NCBI GenBank assembly: GCA_964612555.1
Contig: CAZTBW010000008.1
Location: 71,404 to 135,403, forward strand
Reading direction: 5' to 3'
DNA length: 64,000 nt
Source: an uncultured Bdellovibrionales bacterium
GTDB taxonomy: Bacteria > Bdellovibrionota_C > UBA2361 > SZUA-149 > DAOLCO01
Below are positions 1 to 10,356 of the stretch, one piece after another. Under the pieces are notes generated by a model. It was not told where the DNA came from and did no database searches. It saw nothing but the letters and a program-made list of their open reading frames with translations. The translations under genes were made by a program, and so were the position numbers. Within the stretch, counting starts at the first letter, position 1. The number at the start of each line of letters is the position of its first letter.

Positions 1-1704
1 AAGGAGAGAACGTCCATTAAAAGTGCCTGATGGGACGATCTGCTGATCGAGTCCCATGAACTCAAAGATAGTAGGGAAAATATCAGAGTGAGAGCTACTG
101 GTATATTGTGTGTGAGTGTAGTTTTTTATTGCCTTTCTATATGATTCAGGAAAGCGAATCAGTGCAGTAGTCTGTATCTGTTCTTTGGTAAGACCAAAAA
201 CGTGTCCGAATTTTCCTTTTTCCCAAAACTCCTCTCCATGATCTCCAAGAATAACAATGATGGTATCTTCAAATCTGCCTTGAGATTCAAGAGTGGTAAG
301 TATTTTGTTCAGTAAATGATCTGCGAAGCGAACGGAATTTAAAAATCTGTTTTTTAAACCCTCTTTATGTTTTTTAAACTGGGACAGAGTTCCGCAGCTT
401 AACTTGAGATCGGAACTTACCGTAGGTACGTACGTTTCAAAATCGGGGGGATAGTAAAAACCATAATGAGTCACATATATTCTCAGGAAGTCAAACCAGG
501 GAGCATTGGAGTTTTTTCCGGGAATCTCACGTAAATAGTTATTAACCAGCTCAATATCCCACTCCGGCTGAGATTTCTCTTCCGGATGAACTGTTTTGTC
601 AAATAAAGGTTCAAAGAAAATATCATATATATTTTCATATTTCATTGAGTTGGAGAAATAGATCGAAAGTTCATAGCCCAAAGCTTTGAGTACCTTGAAA
701 GGAAAAGGAGAAATATTGAGTGCCTTATGATCTCTGAAATAAAATGAATTCAAGCCGGTAATAAGACCAAAATCACCACTTCCTGAATTGGCTCCGCTTG
801 AAAAATGATTTTCAAGAACCATCCATTCATCTTTTCTTTCGTAGAGATGGGGCATGTACTCTTCCGTAAAGACATCACTTCTTAAGGATTCAACTACGAG
901 AAAAAGAATATTGGGCTTATGTAGGGGAAGCTCTGTTTTTTTTGATGTAATTGAAGCAAGTGCCAGGTCTGATTCTTTTATTCTCTTCTTTGCTGCTTTG
1001 GTAATATCTTCATCTGTAAATGGAATATCACCAAGAAATCCTTGATGAGCAATATTTGTTTTAGGGTCAGGAAATGTCATGGAAGAGTTCCATACAAATT
1101 TTGATCGAAGCTCAAGCCCTTCCTGATCAATCGCCCCAAAAGCAGTGTCTATGATCAGGGTAAAAAACAGAACGGGAATGAGGAAACACTTGATAATGGC
1201 ATAGTTCCTGTACGAAAGAGAAAAATTACTCGTACTTGAAAATAAGATAATCAGGAACCATAAACCAAAAGCAGAAACTCCCACTAAAAAGTGCTGAAGA
1301 CGTATTGGAGACATATCACTCGAGGCTCCATCGAGGAGTAAGAGGGTATAGTTATAATCCAGACGGGCACCCATAAATTTAAAATGAATATCGTCAATAA
1401 TCAGATAAAGAGGGAGGATGAGAGAGATAATAGACAGGTAGATCGTCGATAAATATTTTTTTACAGTTTCTGAAATTTTGAATGAAGAAAAGAGGTGATT
1501 TAAGACCCTGAAAAAAAATAAATTTAGCACTATCAGTGCAAGCTGAAAGAAAAAGAGTAGTGCAATAGAAGCCAAAAGGACAAGAACCACCCCGAGGCTC
1601 AATGCCCCTGAACTTGAATCAGCGCTCAGGTACCATACCGTAGCGGTACTTTGCAGGAGCAGTAGTAGTATCTGTAAAAATGTTGGAATCATTCCTTTAC
1701 TCAT
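1..1704 (-). CDS. Sulfatase/alkaline-phosphatase-superfamily membrane protein (LtaS/EptA/OpgB-like phosphotransferase); partial, runs off the window start
   Basis: I translated the minus strand by hand from the ATG at complement(1702-1704): MSKGMIPTFLQILLLLQ... gives N-terminal TM helices, then a sulfatase-type domain (…HLYERKDEWMVLENHFSSGANSGSGDFGLITG…, …IIVILGDHGEEFWEKGKFGH…). The six-frame track shows no competing ORF across 1-1700, consistent with a long ORF leaving the window. Confidence 0.6.
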   Translation of the reverse strand, partial: MSKGMIPTFLQILLLLLQSTATVWYLSADSSSGALSLGVVLVLLASIALLFFFQLALIVLNLFFFRVLNHLFSSFKISETVKKYLSTIYLSIISLILPLYLIIDDIHFKFMGARLDYNYTLLLLDGASSDMSPIRLQHFLVGVSAFGLWFLIILFSSTSNFSLSYRNYAIIKCFLIPVLFFTLIIDTAFGAIDQEGLELRSKFVWNSSMTFPDPKTNIAHQGFLGDIPFTDEDITKAAKKRIKESDLALASITSKKTELPLHKPNILFLVVESLRSDVFTEEYMPHLYERKDEWMVLENHFSSGANSGSGDFGLITGLNSFYFRDHKALNISPFPFKVLKALGYELSIYFSNSMKYENIYDIFFEPLFDKTVHPEEKSQPEWDIELVNNYLREIPGKNSNAPWFDFLRIYVTHYGFYYPPDFETYVPTVSSDLKLSCGTLSQFKKHKEGLKNRFLNSVRFADHLLNKILTTLESQGRFEDTIIVILGDHGEEFWEKGKFGHVFGLTKEQIQTTALIRFPESYRKAIKNYTHTQYTSSSHSDIFPTIFEFMGLDQQIVPSGTFNGRSLL

Positions 1705-1757
1705 TACAAACCAAATAGTTATAAACTGATAATCGACCTCGCAATAGGAGTTCTAAA

Positions 1758-4700
1758 GTGCTATATCCTTATGGTAGTATGTTGAAATTATTATTAAAAT
1801 CCAGCTTGCAAATGGTGTATTACCCGGAAGATCTTCAGACCCTCAAAAATCAGATAGACGGGGACTTGTACACTGACTCTATAGAGAGAGTTCTATATGC
1901 GACAGATGCTTCCGTGTATCGGGAACTTCCACTTGCTGTTTTAAAACCCAAAACTGAATCAGACCTTGGAAGAATAATTGAATATGCAAATTCTAATAAG
2001 ATCTCCCTGATCTTTAGGACGGCAGGTACTTCCCTTGCCGGTCAATGTGTAGGAAGTGGTATTGTAGTAGACTTTTCAAAATATTTTACAAAAATCATTG
2101 AAATAAATTCTGAGGAAAAATGGGCGAGGGTTCAACCCGGAGTTGTACGGGATGAATTGAATCGTCATCTGAAAAAATATGAATTATTTTTCAGCCCGAC
2201 TACTTCTACTGCAAATCGTGCAATGATCGGTGGTATGGTGGGGAACAATTCATCCGGAACTACTTCTATTGTGTACGGGGTAACAAGAGATAAGGTTTTA
2301 GAGCTTAGCGCTCTTTTAAGTGATGGAAGCAAGGTTACTTTTTCTGAGCTTTCAAAAGAAGGATTTTTTGAAAAGTGTAAAGAAAATTCACTTGAGGGTG
2401 TCGTATATAAGCAAATATATGAACAACTTTCCAGCCCTCAAATCCAGAAAAATATTCGTAATCATTTCCCAAAACCGTCTATCCACCGGAGAAACACCGG
2501 CTATGCCATTGACGAGTTACTTACTTCAGAAATATTTTCTGATAGTGGTGAGCCGTTTAATTTTTGTAAACTGCTAAGCGGTTCAGAGGGAACACTTGCC
2601 TGCATAACAGAGATTAAAATAAAGCTGGATGACTTGCCTGAGCCCTCTGAAATTGTAGTTGCAGCACACTTTGAATCTCTTAATCAAGGTATGTGTGCTT
2701 CACAAATTGCAATGAAACACCCGGTAACTGCGGTTGAGTTGATGGATAAAATCATTCTTGATTGTACGAAAGAAAATCTAGAGTATCAGAAAAATCGTTA
2801 TTTTATAGAAGGTGACCCGAAGGCGGTATTAATAATTGAGTTTCGGGGGAAAACTGAAGGAGAAGCCAGAGTAAAAGCAGAAGCGGTAATTCGGGATTTT
2901 CAGAAAGCTGGTCTTGGATACGCATTTCCGATTATTGGACAAGAGAAAACGAAACTGGTCTGGACATTAAGAAGTGCGGGACTTGGACTACTTGCGAATA
3001 TTCCCGGAGATAGAAAAGCAGTTGCCTGTATTGAAGATACCGCTGTGGATATTAACGATCTTGCTGATTATATTGATGAGTTTGATCAGATGATGAATTC
3101 ATATGGGCAGGAATCAGTATATTATGGGCATGCAGGTGCAGGAGAGATTCATCTTCGCCCGATTCTCGATTTGAAAAAGAAGAAAGATCGGGAAGAGTTT
3201 TACAAAATTTCAGAAGATGTTGCAAAGCTGGTAAAGAAATATCAGGGATCTTTAAGTGGAGAGCATGGAGATGGAAGAGTTCGTGCTCCATTTATTCCTA
3301 TGATGGTAGGCGAAGAAAATTATCAGTTGTTTAAGGAAATAAAACAAACCTGGGATCCAAATGGAATCTTTAATCCGGGAAAAATAGTTGATGCTCCTCC
3401 AATGAACACTTCTCTTCGTTATGAAGAAAACATGGATACCCCTGTTCAGGATACATTGTTTGATTTCTCAGATGTGGGAGGCATGCTTAGACTTGCTGAA
3501 AAATGTAATGGTTCTGGTGATTGTAGAAAACTTCCAGAGTCGGGTGGCACCATGTGTCCCAGCTATCAGGCAACAAGAAACGAAAGAGATACTACAAGAG
3601 GAAGAGCAAATATTCTTCGTGAGTTTCTTACAAAAGACAGTAGACCAAACCCTTTTGATCACCGGGAGATAAAGGAAGTGCTTGATCTTTGTCTTTCCTG
3701 TAAAGGGTGCACGGCAGAATGCCCATCAAATGTAGATATGGCTACCATGAAAGCAGAATTTTTGTATCAGTATCAAAAGGTGCATGGAGTAACATTGAGG
3801 GCACGTGCGTTTTCACATATTAACGAACTGAACCATTTTGGATCTTTTTTCCCCTCGGTAACAAACTTTATGTTTCAAAATAAGCTGACTTCTTCGATTA
3901 TGAAGTCAGTCCTTGGAATTTCAGAAAAAAGAGAAATTCCGGGGATTCATTCAGAAAGCCTTAGAGCATGGTACAAGAAGGAATATAAGAAAATTCCGGC
4001 ACCGGAAAAAATAATCAAGACTGTATATTTCTTCATTGATGAGTTTACAAATTATAATGATACCCCAATAGGGATTTCTGCAATCACTCTTTTAAAAAGG
4101 CTCGGATTTGAAGTCCGTATTGTCAGACATGATGAGAGTGGTCGATCGGCTTTTTCAAAAGGGCTTCTTGAAAAAGCTAAGCGGCATGCAGAAAATAACG
4201 TAAGAATATTCAAAGACCTTGTGGGGGAAGATGCTCCGCTTGTGGGAGTAGAGCCATCGGCGCTACTCAGTTTTCGGGATGAATATCCAAGAATTGTTGA
4301 TAAAGAACTGCATGAAGCAGCAAAAAAATTAAAGCTGAATACTTTTTTGATTGATGAGTTTCTCGGAAAGGAAATCTTTGCAGGTAATATTTCACCAGAT
4401 TCTTTTACAAAAGAAAAGAAAACCATAAAACTTCATGGGCACTGCCATCAGAAAGCACTCTCTTCTCTGGAATGGACAAAGAATATTTTATGCCTGCCTG
4501 AAAATTATTCGGTTGAAATTATTCCTTCAGGTTGTTGTGGTATGGCGGGTTCATTTGGTTATGAAAAAGAGCATTATGATCTCAGTATGGAGATAGGGGA
4601 GATGGTGTTATTTCCCGCAGTGAGAAACACCTCAGAGGAAATCATTATCGCAGCGACAGGCACCTCCTGTCGTCATCAGATAAAAGATGGTACAAGGCGA

Positions 4701-4760
4701 ATAGCTCGACATCCGGTAGAGATATTATGCGATGCGCTTTCTCCCGTTTCCATCAGGTGA
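1758..4760 (+). CDS. Fused FAD-linked oxidase / iron-sulfur (GlcD-GlcF-like) oxidoreductase, 1000 aa
   Basis: N-terminal FAD-binding PCMH-type domain (…RTAGTSLAGQCVG…GGMVGNNSSGT…); the middle and C-terminal parts carry Cys clusters (CLSCKGCTAECP, CCGMAGSFG) typical of the GlcF/CCG Fe-S subunit. Confidence 0.75.
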   Translation: MLYPYGSMLKLLLKSSLQMVYYPEDLQTLKNQIDGDLYTDSIERVLYATDASVYRELPLAVLKPKTESDLGRIIEYANSNKISLIFRTAGTSLAGQCVGSGIVVDFSKYFTKIIEINSEEKWARVQPGVVRDELNRHLKKYELFFSPTTSTANRAMIGGMVGNNSSGTTSIVYGVTRDKVLELSALLSDGSKVTFSELSKEGFFEKCKENSLEGVVYKQIYEQLSSPQIQKNIRNHFPKPSIHRRNTGYAIDELLTSEIFSDSGEPFNFCKLLSGSEGTLACITEIKIKLDDLPEPSEIVVAAHFESLNQGMCASQIAMKHPVTAVELMDKIILDCTKENLEYQKNRYFIEGDPKAVLIIEFRGKTEGEARVKAEAVIRDFQKAGLGYAFPIIGQEKTKLVWTLRSAGLGLLANIPGDRKAVACIEDTAVDINDLADYIDEFDQMMNSYGQESVYYGHAGAGEIHLRPILDLKKKKDREEFYKISEDVAKLVKKYQGSLSGEHGDGRVRAPFIPMMVGEENYQLFKEIKQTWDPNGIFNPGKIVDAPPMNTSLRYEENMDTPVQDTLFDFSDVGGMLRLAEKCNGSGDCRKLPESGGTMCPSYQATRNERDTTRGRANILREFLTKDSRPNPFDHREIKEVLDLCLSCKGCTAECPSNVDMATMKAEFLYQYQKVHGVTLRARAFSHINELNHFGSFFPSVTNFMFQNKLTSSIMKSVLGISEKREIPGIHSESLRAWYKKEYKKIPAPEKIIKTVYFFIDEFTNYNDTPIGISAITLLKRLGFEVRIVRHDESGRSAFSKGLLEKAKRHAENNVRIFKDLVGEDAPLVGVEPSALLSFRDEYPRIVDKELHEAAKKLKLNTFLIDEFLGKEIFAGNISPDSFTKEKKTIKLHGHCHQKALSSLEWTKNILCLPENYSVEIIPSGCCGMAGSFGYEKEHYDLSMEIGEMVLFPAVRNTSEEIIIAATGTSCRHQIKDGTRRIARHPVEILCDALSPVSIR

Positions 4761-4806
4761 TGCTCATGTTAGAAAAGAATTATTTAAAACATAAGATAAG
4801 AAAATA

Positions 4807-5889
4807 ATGGAAACACAAGTTACAGAATTCATTTCGCGACATGGTCTTGATATTGAAATTTTTGGGAATTCAATATGGAGGTATCTGCTTACTGTTTTTC
4901 TGATATTTTTGTATTATTATATCTTTACGTATATTCGTAGAACTCTTGTTAATAAAATTGAAGGTATTGGAGCAAAGAACCGCATAAAAGCGGTGCTGGA
5001 GCCCATATCTTATGCTCTTGAAAAAACCAGTAGTCTTTTTCTGTTTGCCCTTGCAATAAGAGCTTCTCTCTTAAATTTGCATATCACCCCAACAATCGAC
5101 AAAGGTATATCGCTTTTTATTACTCTTGCTGTTTTCATTCAAATTGGTCTGTGGGCTGATACCGTATTTCAGTTAATTGCAGATAACTGGGTCAGAAGAT
5201 CGGGGAACATCTCTCCGGCAAGTACCATTGCAAACCTGATAAAATTTTCTTTGAAATTAGTCGCATGGATACTCACGATCTTATTGTTTCTGGATAATAT
5301 AGGAATCAATGTAACGACTCTTGTTGCAGGGCTTGGGATAGGAGGTATTGCCGTGGCGCTTGCGGTACAGAACATTCTTGGAGACCTTTTATGTTCGCTC
5401 TCTATAGCTCTGGACGAACCTTTTCAGGTTGGAGACAACATTGCACTTGGTAACATTACGGGGGTTGTTGAAAGAATTGGTATAAAATCTACCCGAATTC
5501 GCAGTTCTTCCGGTGAGCTCATTATTGTTTCCAATTCCGATCTTGTTAAGGGACAGATTAAAAACTTTAAAAAAATGGAAGAGAGAAGGATTGTTTTCAG
5601 TACCAGTGTGGTTTACGAAACCTCACTTGAAAAGCTCGAGCAGATTCCTGTAATCATGAAAGAAATAATAGAATCACAAAAAAATATAAGGTTTGATCGC
5701 TCTCACCTGATGACTCTTGGAGATTCTGCGATCATTTTTGATACCGTGTATCATGTCAAATCATCAAATTTTGCAGTCTATGCAGAAGCACAACAGGCAA
5801 TAAACTTTCAATTGATAAAGCAGTTTCAGAAACATGGTATCGAGTTTGCATACCCTACCCAGATGCAATATTCAAAAGTGATTAACTGA
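4807..5889 (+). CDS. mscS: Small-conductance mechanosensitive channel (MscS family)
   Basis: N-terminal TM helices followed by the MscS beta-domain signature (…GIGGIAVALAVQNILGDLLCSLSIALDEPFQVGDNI…). Confidence 0.8.
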   Translation: METQVTEFISRHGLDIEIFGNSIWRYLLTVFLIFLYYYIFTYIRRTLVNKIEGIGAKNRIKAVLEPISYALEKTSSLFLFALAIRASLLNLHITPTIDKGISLFITLAVFIQIGLWADTVFQLIADNWVRRSGNISPASTIANLIKFSLKLVAWILTILLFLDNIGINVTTLVAGLGIGGIAVALAVQNILGDLLCSLSIALDEPFQVGDNIALGNITGVVERIGIKSTRIRSSSGELIIVSNSDLVKGQIKNFKKMEERRIVFSTSVVYETSLEKLEQIPVIMKEIIESQKNIRFDRSHLMTLGDSAIIFDTVYHVKSSNFAVYAEAQQAINFQLIKQFQKHGIEFAYPTQMQYSKVIN

Positions 5890-5938
5890 TTTAAACCCGT
5901 AGAGGTAGGGCTTGTTTACCCTGAGCCTGTCGAAGGGC

Positions 5939-6598
5939 TCATCCATCCGAAACAAGAATCTTTCTTCTGTGTTCTTTTCCGGAAACAAGGTAATAATCCG
6001 CAACTATCTTCCATGGTGCTTCCGGTACCGTATTTGGTCCGGAGAGCCAATAAAGAGAAATATTCTGAAAGGCGGACAAGTGTTTTAGAATTTCCCTGTC
6101 TGGTTTCAGGGCACGAAACAGGGCTGCATCAACATGAGAAGTTTCAGATTTCAGCGCTTCACTTCTACCTTCGATGATGTGACAGTTTTTTAATCCAAGT
6201 TCTGAAGTTACGGTTTTCAAGAAAGAGCAGCGTTTTCTCCTTGGTTCTACAAGGTATGATGTGGCTTTGTCTCCATACCAGATATGCCAGGGGATACCGG
6301 GAAGTCCCGCACCTGAGCCGATATCAGTAAAAGTAAATCCACTTCCTGAATCAAACGCAGGAATAAGCCCCGCATGTGAAAGCACAAGTACACTTGCCAG
6401 AGAATCAAGTATATGTGGAAGTATAAAATCTTCAATTGACCCCGGAGCCACAAGATCATGAGATTCATTCCACTTATGAAGGAGGGAAAGATATTCACAA
6501 ACAGAAGATGTAAACTCCTCACTCTGCTTCCAGGAGGTAAGGATATTTTGCTCAGAGAGAGTTTCTGTTAATCCCAAAATGGCATTATTAATTTCCAT
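5939..6598 (-). CDS. rsmG: 16S rRNA (guanine527-N7)-methyltransferase RsmG (GidB)
   Basis: 219 aa; SAM-binding motif DIGSGAGLPGIP and overall GidB architecture; located near mnmG as is usual. Confidence 0.85.
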   Translation of the reverse strand: MEINNAILGLTETLSEQNILTSWKQSEEFTSSVCEYLSLLHKWNESHDLVAPGSIEDFILPHILDSLASVLVLSHAGLIPAFDSGSGFTFTDIGSGAGLPGIPWHIWYGDKATSYLVEPRRKRCSFLKTVTSELGLKNCHIIEGRSEALKSETSHVDAALFRALKPDREILKHLSAFQNISLYWLSGPNTVPEAPWKIVADYYLVSGKEHRRKILVSDG

Positions 6599-6673
6599 TC
6601 CTCATTATAAGCATTCATTGATTTTTTATAACAGTAATAAGTAGCTTGAAGTTTCAAAACCAAATAAAAATAT

Positions 6674-6702
6674 ACCTGTGCCTATAGATTATAGGCACAG
6701 GT
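6674..6702 (-). terminator. Rho-independent terminator candidate downstream of the 6719-7378 gene (minus strand)
   Basis: Perfect 13-bp inverted repeat acctgtgcctata/gat/tataggcacaggt at 6674-6702. On the minus strand it is followed by a U-rich tract (complement of 6661-6673 caaataaaaatat). Confidence 0.55.
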
Positions 6703-6718
6703 GGTCACAAAACAAAGA

Positions 6719-7378
6719 TCAACAATAGACAGGAATCCGCGTCAAGTCGTCCGGATTTGTTGTCTGGTGATAGAATCCATCATCCCCTATGATGAAATCA
6801 CGAGTTCTCGGATTTCCGAGAGACGCAAGTTTCAAGAGCGGATTTTCAATTCTTCCGTCCATGAGTTCCTCTTTCAGGATATGGGATCTCAATTCTAAAA
6901 ACGCCATGACGGCTTCATCTTTTGTTATTTCAGGTCCGAGAAATCGGGATATGGAGTATCTGTCACTCGCAAGACTAATCCCTCCTTTTTTTTCTATTAC
7001 CATATTCATGGCTTCGGAAATTCTATTTGCATGAGTTCCCACATACAAGATTTTTCCGTTCACAGACGATACTGCGAGTGCAAAGTGTTTCTGCGCACCG
7101 AAGCCGTTTACGAACATGCATGAAGGTTCTCTGTGTTCAGAGTACCCGTCTAGAGTGCCACACATGAGGATGTCGTCTTCATCTTCAGGGTCAGCTCCCT
7201 CATAGGATGAGAAAGGTAGTTCCATTTCTACAAGACGAGTTACTGGAGAGTCGTCAACACGTATGACATAAGCACTTGTACTTCCAGATTTTATTCTCAT
7301 CCAAAAATCATGAGGTGCAACCCTCCTGGTTCTCCGTTTCGGAGCTTCTGCGTTGAAATCTTTGAAATCTTTAGTCAT
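6719..7378 (-). CDS. Hypothetical protein (219 aa, basic N-terminus KRRTRRV, no recognisable domain)
   Basis: Clean ORF between mnmG and rsmG, flanked by hairpin terminators on both sides. No motif I can assign. Confidence 0.5.
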   Translation of the reverse strand: MTKDFKDFNAEAPKRRTRRVAPHDFWMRIKSGSTSAYVIRVDDSPVTRLVEMELPFSSYEGADPEDEDDILMCGTLDGYSEHREPSCMFVNGFGAQKHFALAVSSVNGKILYVGTHANRISEAMNMVIEKKGGISLASDRYSISRFLGPEITKDEAVMAFLELRSHILKEELMDGRIENPLLKLASLGNPRTRDFIIGDDGFYHQTTNPDDLTRIPVYC

Positions 7379-7394
7379 TTTTTCTTGCCTTTCT

Positions 7395-7435
7395 AAAAAA
7401 CCTAAAAAACATCAAGCTAAGTTAGTTAGCTTGAT
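7395..7435 (-). terminator. Rho-independent terminator candidate for mnmG (minus strand)
   Basis: Hairpin atcaagctaa-gttag-ttagcttgat (7411-7435) preceded on the plus strand by an A-rich run (7395-7410), which is a U-run after the hairpin on the minus strand. It lies 70 nt downstream of the mnmG stop. Confidence 0.5.
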
Positions 7436-7506
7436 TACTGTTTCAGCTACCCGAATGACCAGATTTTTAAAGAACAACTGAAGGAGGAATTCGTATATAA
7501 ATATAC

Positions 7507-9408
7507 TTATGCCCCGACTTGAAGCTTGTTTTCCAAAAGCTCCTTATGCAGACTTCCTTTTCTAATATGAACTGCAAGAAGAGATATCGCCGCAGGGGTT
7601 ACTCCTGAGATGCGAGATGCCTGTCCCAAAGTAGCAGGGCGTACTTTAGTAAGCCTCTCTTTTACTTCAATACTAAGCCCTTTTATCGCTCCATAATCAA
7701 AGTGCTTTGGAATTTCAGCTTCCTCCATTTTTTTCAAGCGTGCAATGTCATCAAGCTGACGCTTAAGATAACCTGAAAATTTCACTTCTACTTCAACTGA
7801 AGTCTTTTCAAGATTGCTCAGGTCTTCTTCAGGAGGAAAGCTGAGTACTATATCTTGATACTGTACATCTGGTCTTCGTAGCAGAGTTGAAAGGGAAGCC
7901 GCATCACTTAAAAGAGCAGTACCAAGGGATTCGAGCCAGGCATTATGAGCAGGGATTGGTTTTATAAATGTTGTATCAAGACGGGATTTTTCTTTTTCGA
8001 TACGATTTCTTCTTTCTTCAAACGCACGCCAGTCCTCATCCGGTACAATGCCCAGTTTTCTTGCATAAGGAGTAAGTCTTAGGTCTGCATTATCTTCCCG
8101 AAGATGCAGGCGATATTCTGCACGTGAAGTAAACATGCGATATGGCTCATCAACACCGAGTGTGCTCAGATCATCAGCAAGAACCCCGATATATGCCTGG
8201 TCTCTACTCAGGATAAAAGGTTCTTTATCTGAAATTGATAGCACTGCATTAATTCCGGCCATGATGCCTTGAGCCGCAGCTTCTTCATACCCTGAGGTGC
8301 CGTTAATTTGTCCTGCAAGAAAAAGCCCGGAGTAGGAAGTGACTTTGAATGTGGTATCAAGTTCGGTGGGGTCTACATGATCATACTCGACTGCATAACC
8401 AGGAATTAAAATCTCAGCATCTTCCAGACCAGAAATGGTTTTCAGGAGACTTTCCTGAACATCAAGGGGAAGACTCGTAGAAATTCCATTTGGATATACA
8501 ATGTCAGAATCATAACCTTCAGGTTCAAGGAAAATGGTGTGTGAAGGTTTATCTGAAAAACGAAATATTTTATCTTCTATTGAAGGGCAATACCGAGGAC
8601 CTCCTGATTCAATTTGCCCATTAAACATGGGGGAGCGATCAAGGTTTGATCGTATGACATCATGAGTTTTTTCATTGGTCTGAGTAATCCAGCATGAGAT
8701 TTGAGGGCGGTCAATTGATCTGGTTCTGAAAGAAAATGGACGAGGGGGAAGTTCTCCAGGCTGTTCCTCACACTTTGAAAAATCTATACTCCCAAGTCTG
8801 ATTCTCGGTGGTGTTCCCGTTTTCAGTCTGCCCATCCGGAGCCCAAGGTTTTTTATGGAGTCACTAAGGCTGTAACTCGCCTTTTCTCCAACTCTGCCAC
8901 CTTCTGTTTTATTCTCTCCAGTGTGCATGAGCCCCCGAAGGAATGTACCGGTTGTTACCACAGTAGCTTTTGCATGTATTGAAGTTCCGGATTTGGTTCT
9001 TACACCAAGCACTCTCGCTCCTTCCACAATGAGACCCTCAACAGGTTCTCCTATGACTTCAAGAAAGGGCGTATGCTCCACTGTGTGTTGAATTCGTTTT
9101 TGATACAGGTTTCGATCTGCCTGAGCACGTGAAGACCTTACCGCAGGTCCTTTAGAAGAGTTAAGCGTACGAAATTGAATACCGGTATCATCAATTGCCC
9201 GTCCCATTTCACCAAAGAGCGCATCAAGCTCCTTGACGAGTTGCCCCTTTCCAAGCCCTCCTATGGCGGGGTTACAGGACATCTGACCGGTCTTGTTTAT
9301 GTCATGGGTTACAAGAAGGGTTCGTGCTTTCATCCGGGCAGCAATCAGGGCTGCTTCAACCCCTGCATGCCCACCACCAATAACAATAATATCATAATTA
9401 AAGTTCAT
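7507..9408 (-). CDS. mnmG: tRNA uridine 5-carboxymethylaminomethyl modification enzyme MnmG (GidA)
   Basis: 633 aa; N-terminus [26 protein letters not shown] (FAD-binding GGGHAG) and conserved GidA core throughout. Confidence 0.95.
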   Translation of the reverse strand: MNFNYDIIVIGGGHAGVEAALIAARMKARTLLVTHDINKTGQMSCNPAIGGLGKGQLVKELDALFGEMGRAIDDTGIQFRTLNSSKGPAVRSSRAQADRNLYQKRIQHTVEHTPFLEVIGEPVEGLIVEGARVLGVRTKSGTSIHAKATVVTTGTFLRGLMHTGENKTEGGRVGEKASYSLSDSIKNLGLRMGRLKTGTPPRIRLGSIDFSKCEEQPGELPPRPFSFRTRSIDRPQISCWITQTNEKTHDVIRSNLDRSPMFNGQIESGGPRYCPSIEDKIFRFSDKPSHTIFLEPEGYDSDIVYPNGISTSLPLDVQESLLKTISGLEDAEILIPGYAVEYDHVDPTELDTTFKVTSYSGLFLAGQINGTSGYEEAAAQGIMAGINAVLSISDKEPFILSRDQAYIGVLADDLSTLGVDEPYRMFTSRAEYRLHLREDNADLRLTPYARKLGIVPDEDWRAFEERRNRIEKEKSRLDTTFIKPIPAHNAWLESLGTALLSDAASLSTLLRRPDVQYQDIVLSFPPEEDLSNLEKTSVEVEVKFSGYLKRQLDDIARLKKMEEAEIPKHFDYGAIKGLSIEVKERLTKVRPATLGQASRISGVTPAAISLLAVHIRKGSLHKELLENKLQVGA

Positions 9409-9537
9409 AAAATTAATGACTTAGGCAATGATTGTCTAATAAAAACACTCAAAAAATGAAGTGTATCCCGACTGAACCCTGATCAGTATTAGATAATATA
9501 TACACCAGATTTAAAAGAATAGCACATTGAGTAGAGC

Positions 9538-10344
9538 ATGATTGGCGTTTTTTTTATTAACTATCGGAAAAAACTTGCATTTTTAAAGGGACTTGCGTTC
9601 TTTTTTGCGATGGTAGTCGTGTTTATTGCTTTTGAGCAAAGCTCCAGTGCGCACTATCATATCCAGGAAGATGAATCTGATTTTTTTCCAAAGAAAGCAC
9701 TTATTAAAGAGCTTCCCTTTTTAAAAGAATATTTTAGTGAAAGTTACATACTGGGTGATATTCCAAAATCATATAAGGGTTCTTTGCTTAGTACTACGGA
9801 AGTTCAGCAGTCTTACCCTGAAGGTATGATACCCTTTATTACGGGACTGATAGTGGTCTATCTTCCTGAGATTGAAAACGCAGGGGAGCTTGCTAAAGAA
9901 ATTGTAAGAATAGGAAATGAAGAGCAGCTCGACCCTCTCTACATTGCTGCAATTATTTCGGTAGAGAGTCGATTTTCTGTTAAGGCAAAGTCCAAAGTCG
10001 GGGCAATGGGCTTGATGCAGCTTATGCCTGAAACGGCACAGGAAATTATTTCGAAGAAAAAAATCAGGGCATCAAAGGCTACCCTTACCGACCCCAAAAC
10101 AAATATCCTGCTCGGGGTACATTATATAAAGCAGCTTGAAAAAAAGTACAGGAGCAATCGGGCTCGTGCATTAGCTGCCTATAATTGGGGCTTAGGCAAG
10201 GTAGATCGTTCCATAAAAGAAGGTACTGAAATTCCTGAATCTGTAAAACGATACGCTTCAACAATCGTCACAAGAACCACTCGCTGGAACAAGCACTTTA
10301 AGGAAGCAAACGAGCGTGAAAAGCTGCTTCTTGCAGGCAAGTAA
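9538..10344 (+). CDS. Lytic transglycosylase (SLT domain) with N-terminal TM anchor
   Basis: SLT catalytic region …ISVESRFSVKAKSKVGAMGLMQLMPETA…AYNWG…. Confidence 0.75.
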   Translation: MIGVFFINYRKKLAFLKGLAFFFAMVVVFIAFEQSSSAHYHIQEDESDFFPKKALIKELPFLKEYFSESYILGDIPKSYKGSLLSTTEVQQSYPEGMIPFITGLIVVYLPEIENAGELAKEIVRIGNEEQLDPLYIAAIISVESRFSVKAKSKVGAMGLMQLMPETAQEIISKKKIRASKATLTDPKTNILLGVHYIKQLEKKYRSNRARALAAYNWGLGKVDRSIKEGTEIPESVKRYASTIVTRTTRWNKHFKEANEREKLLLAGK

Positions 10345-10356
10345 TATACGGAACAA

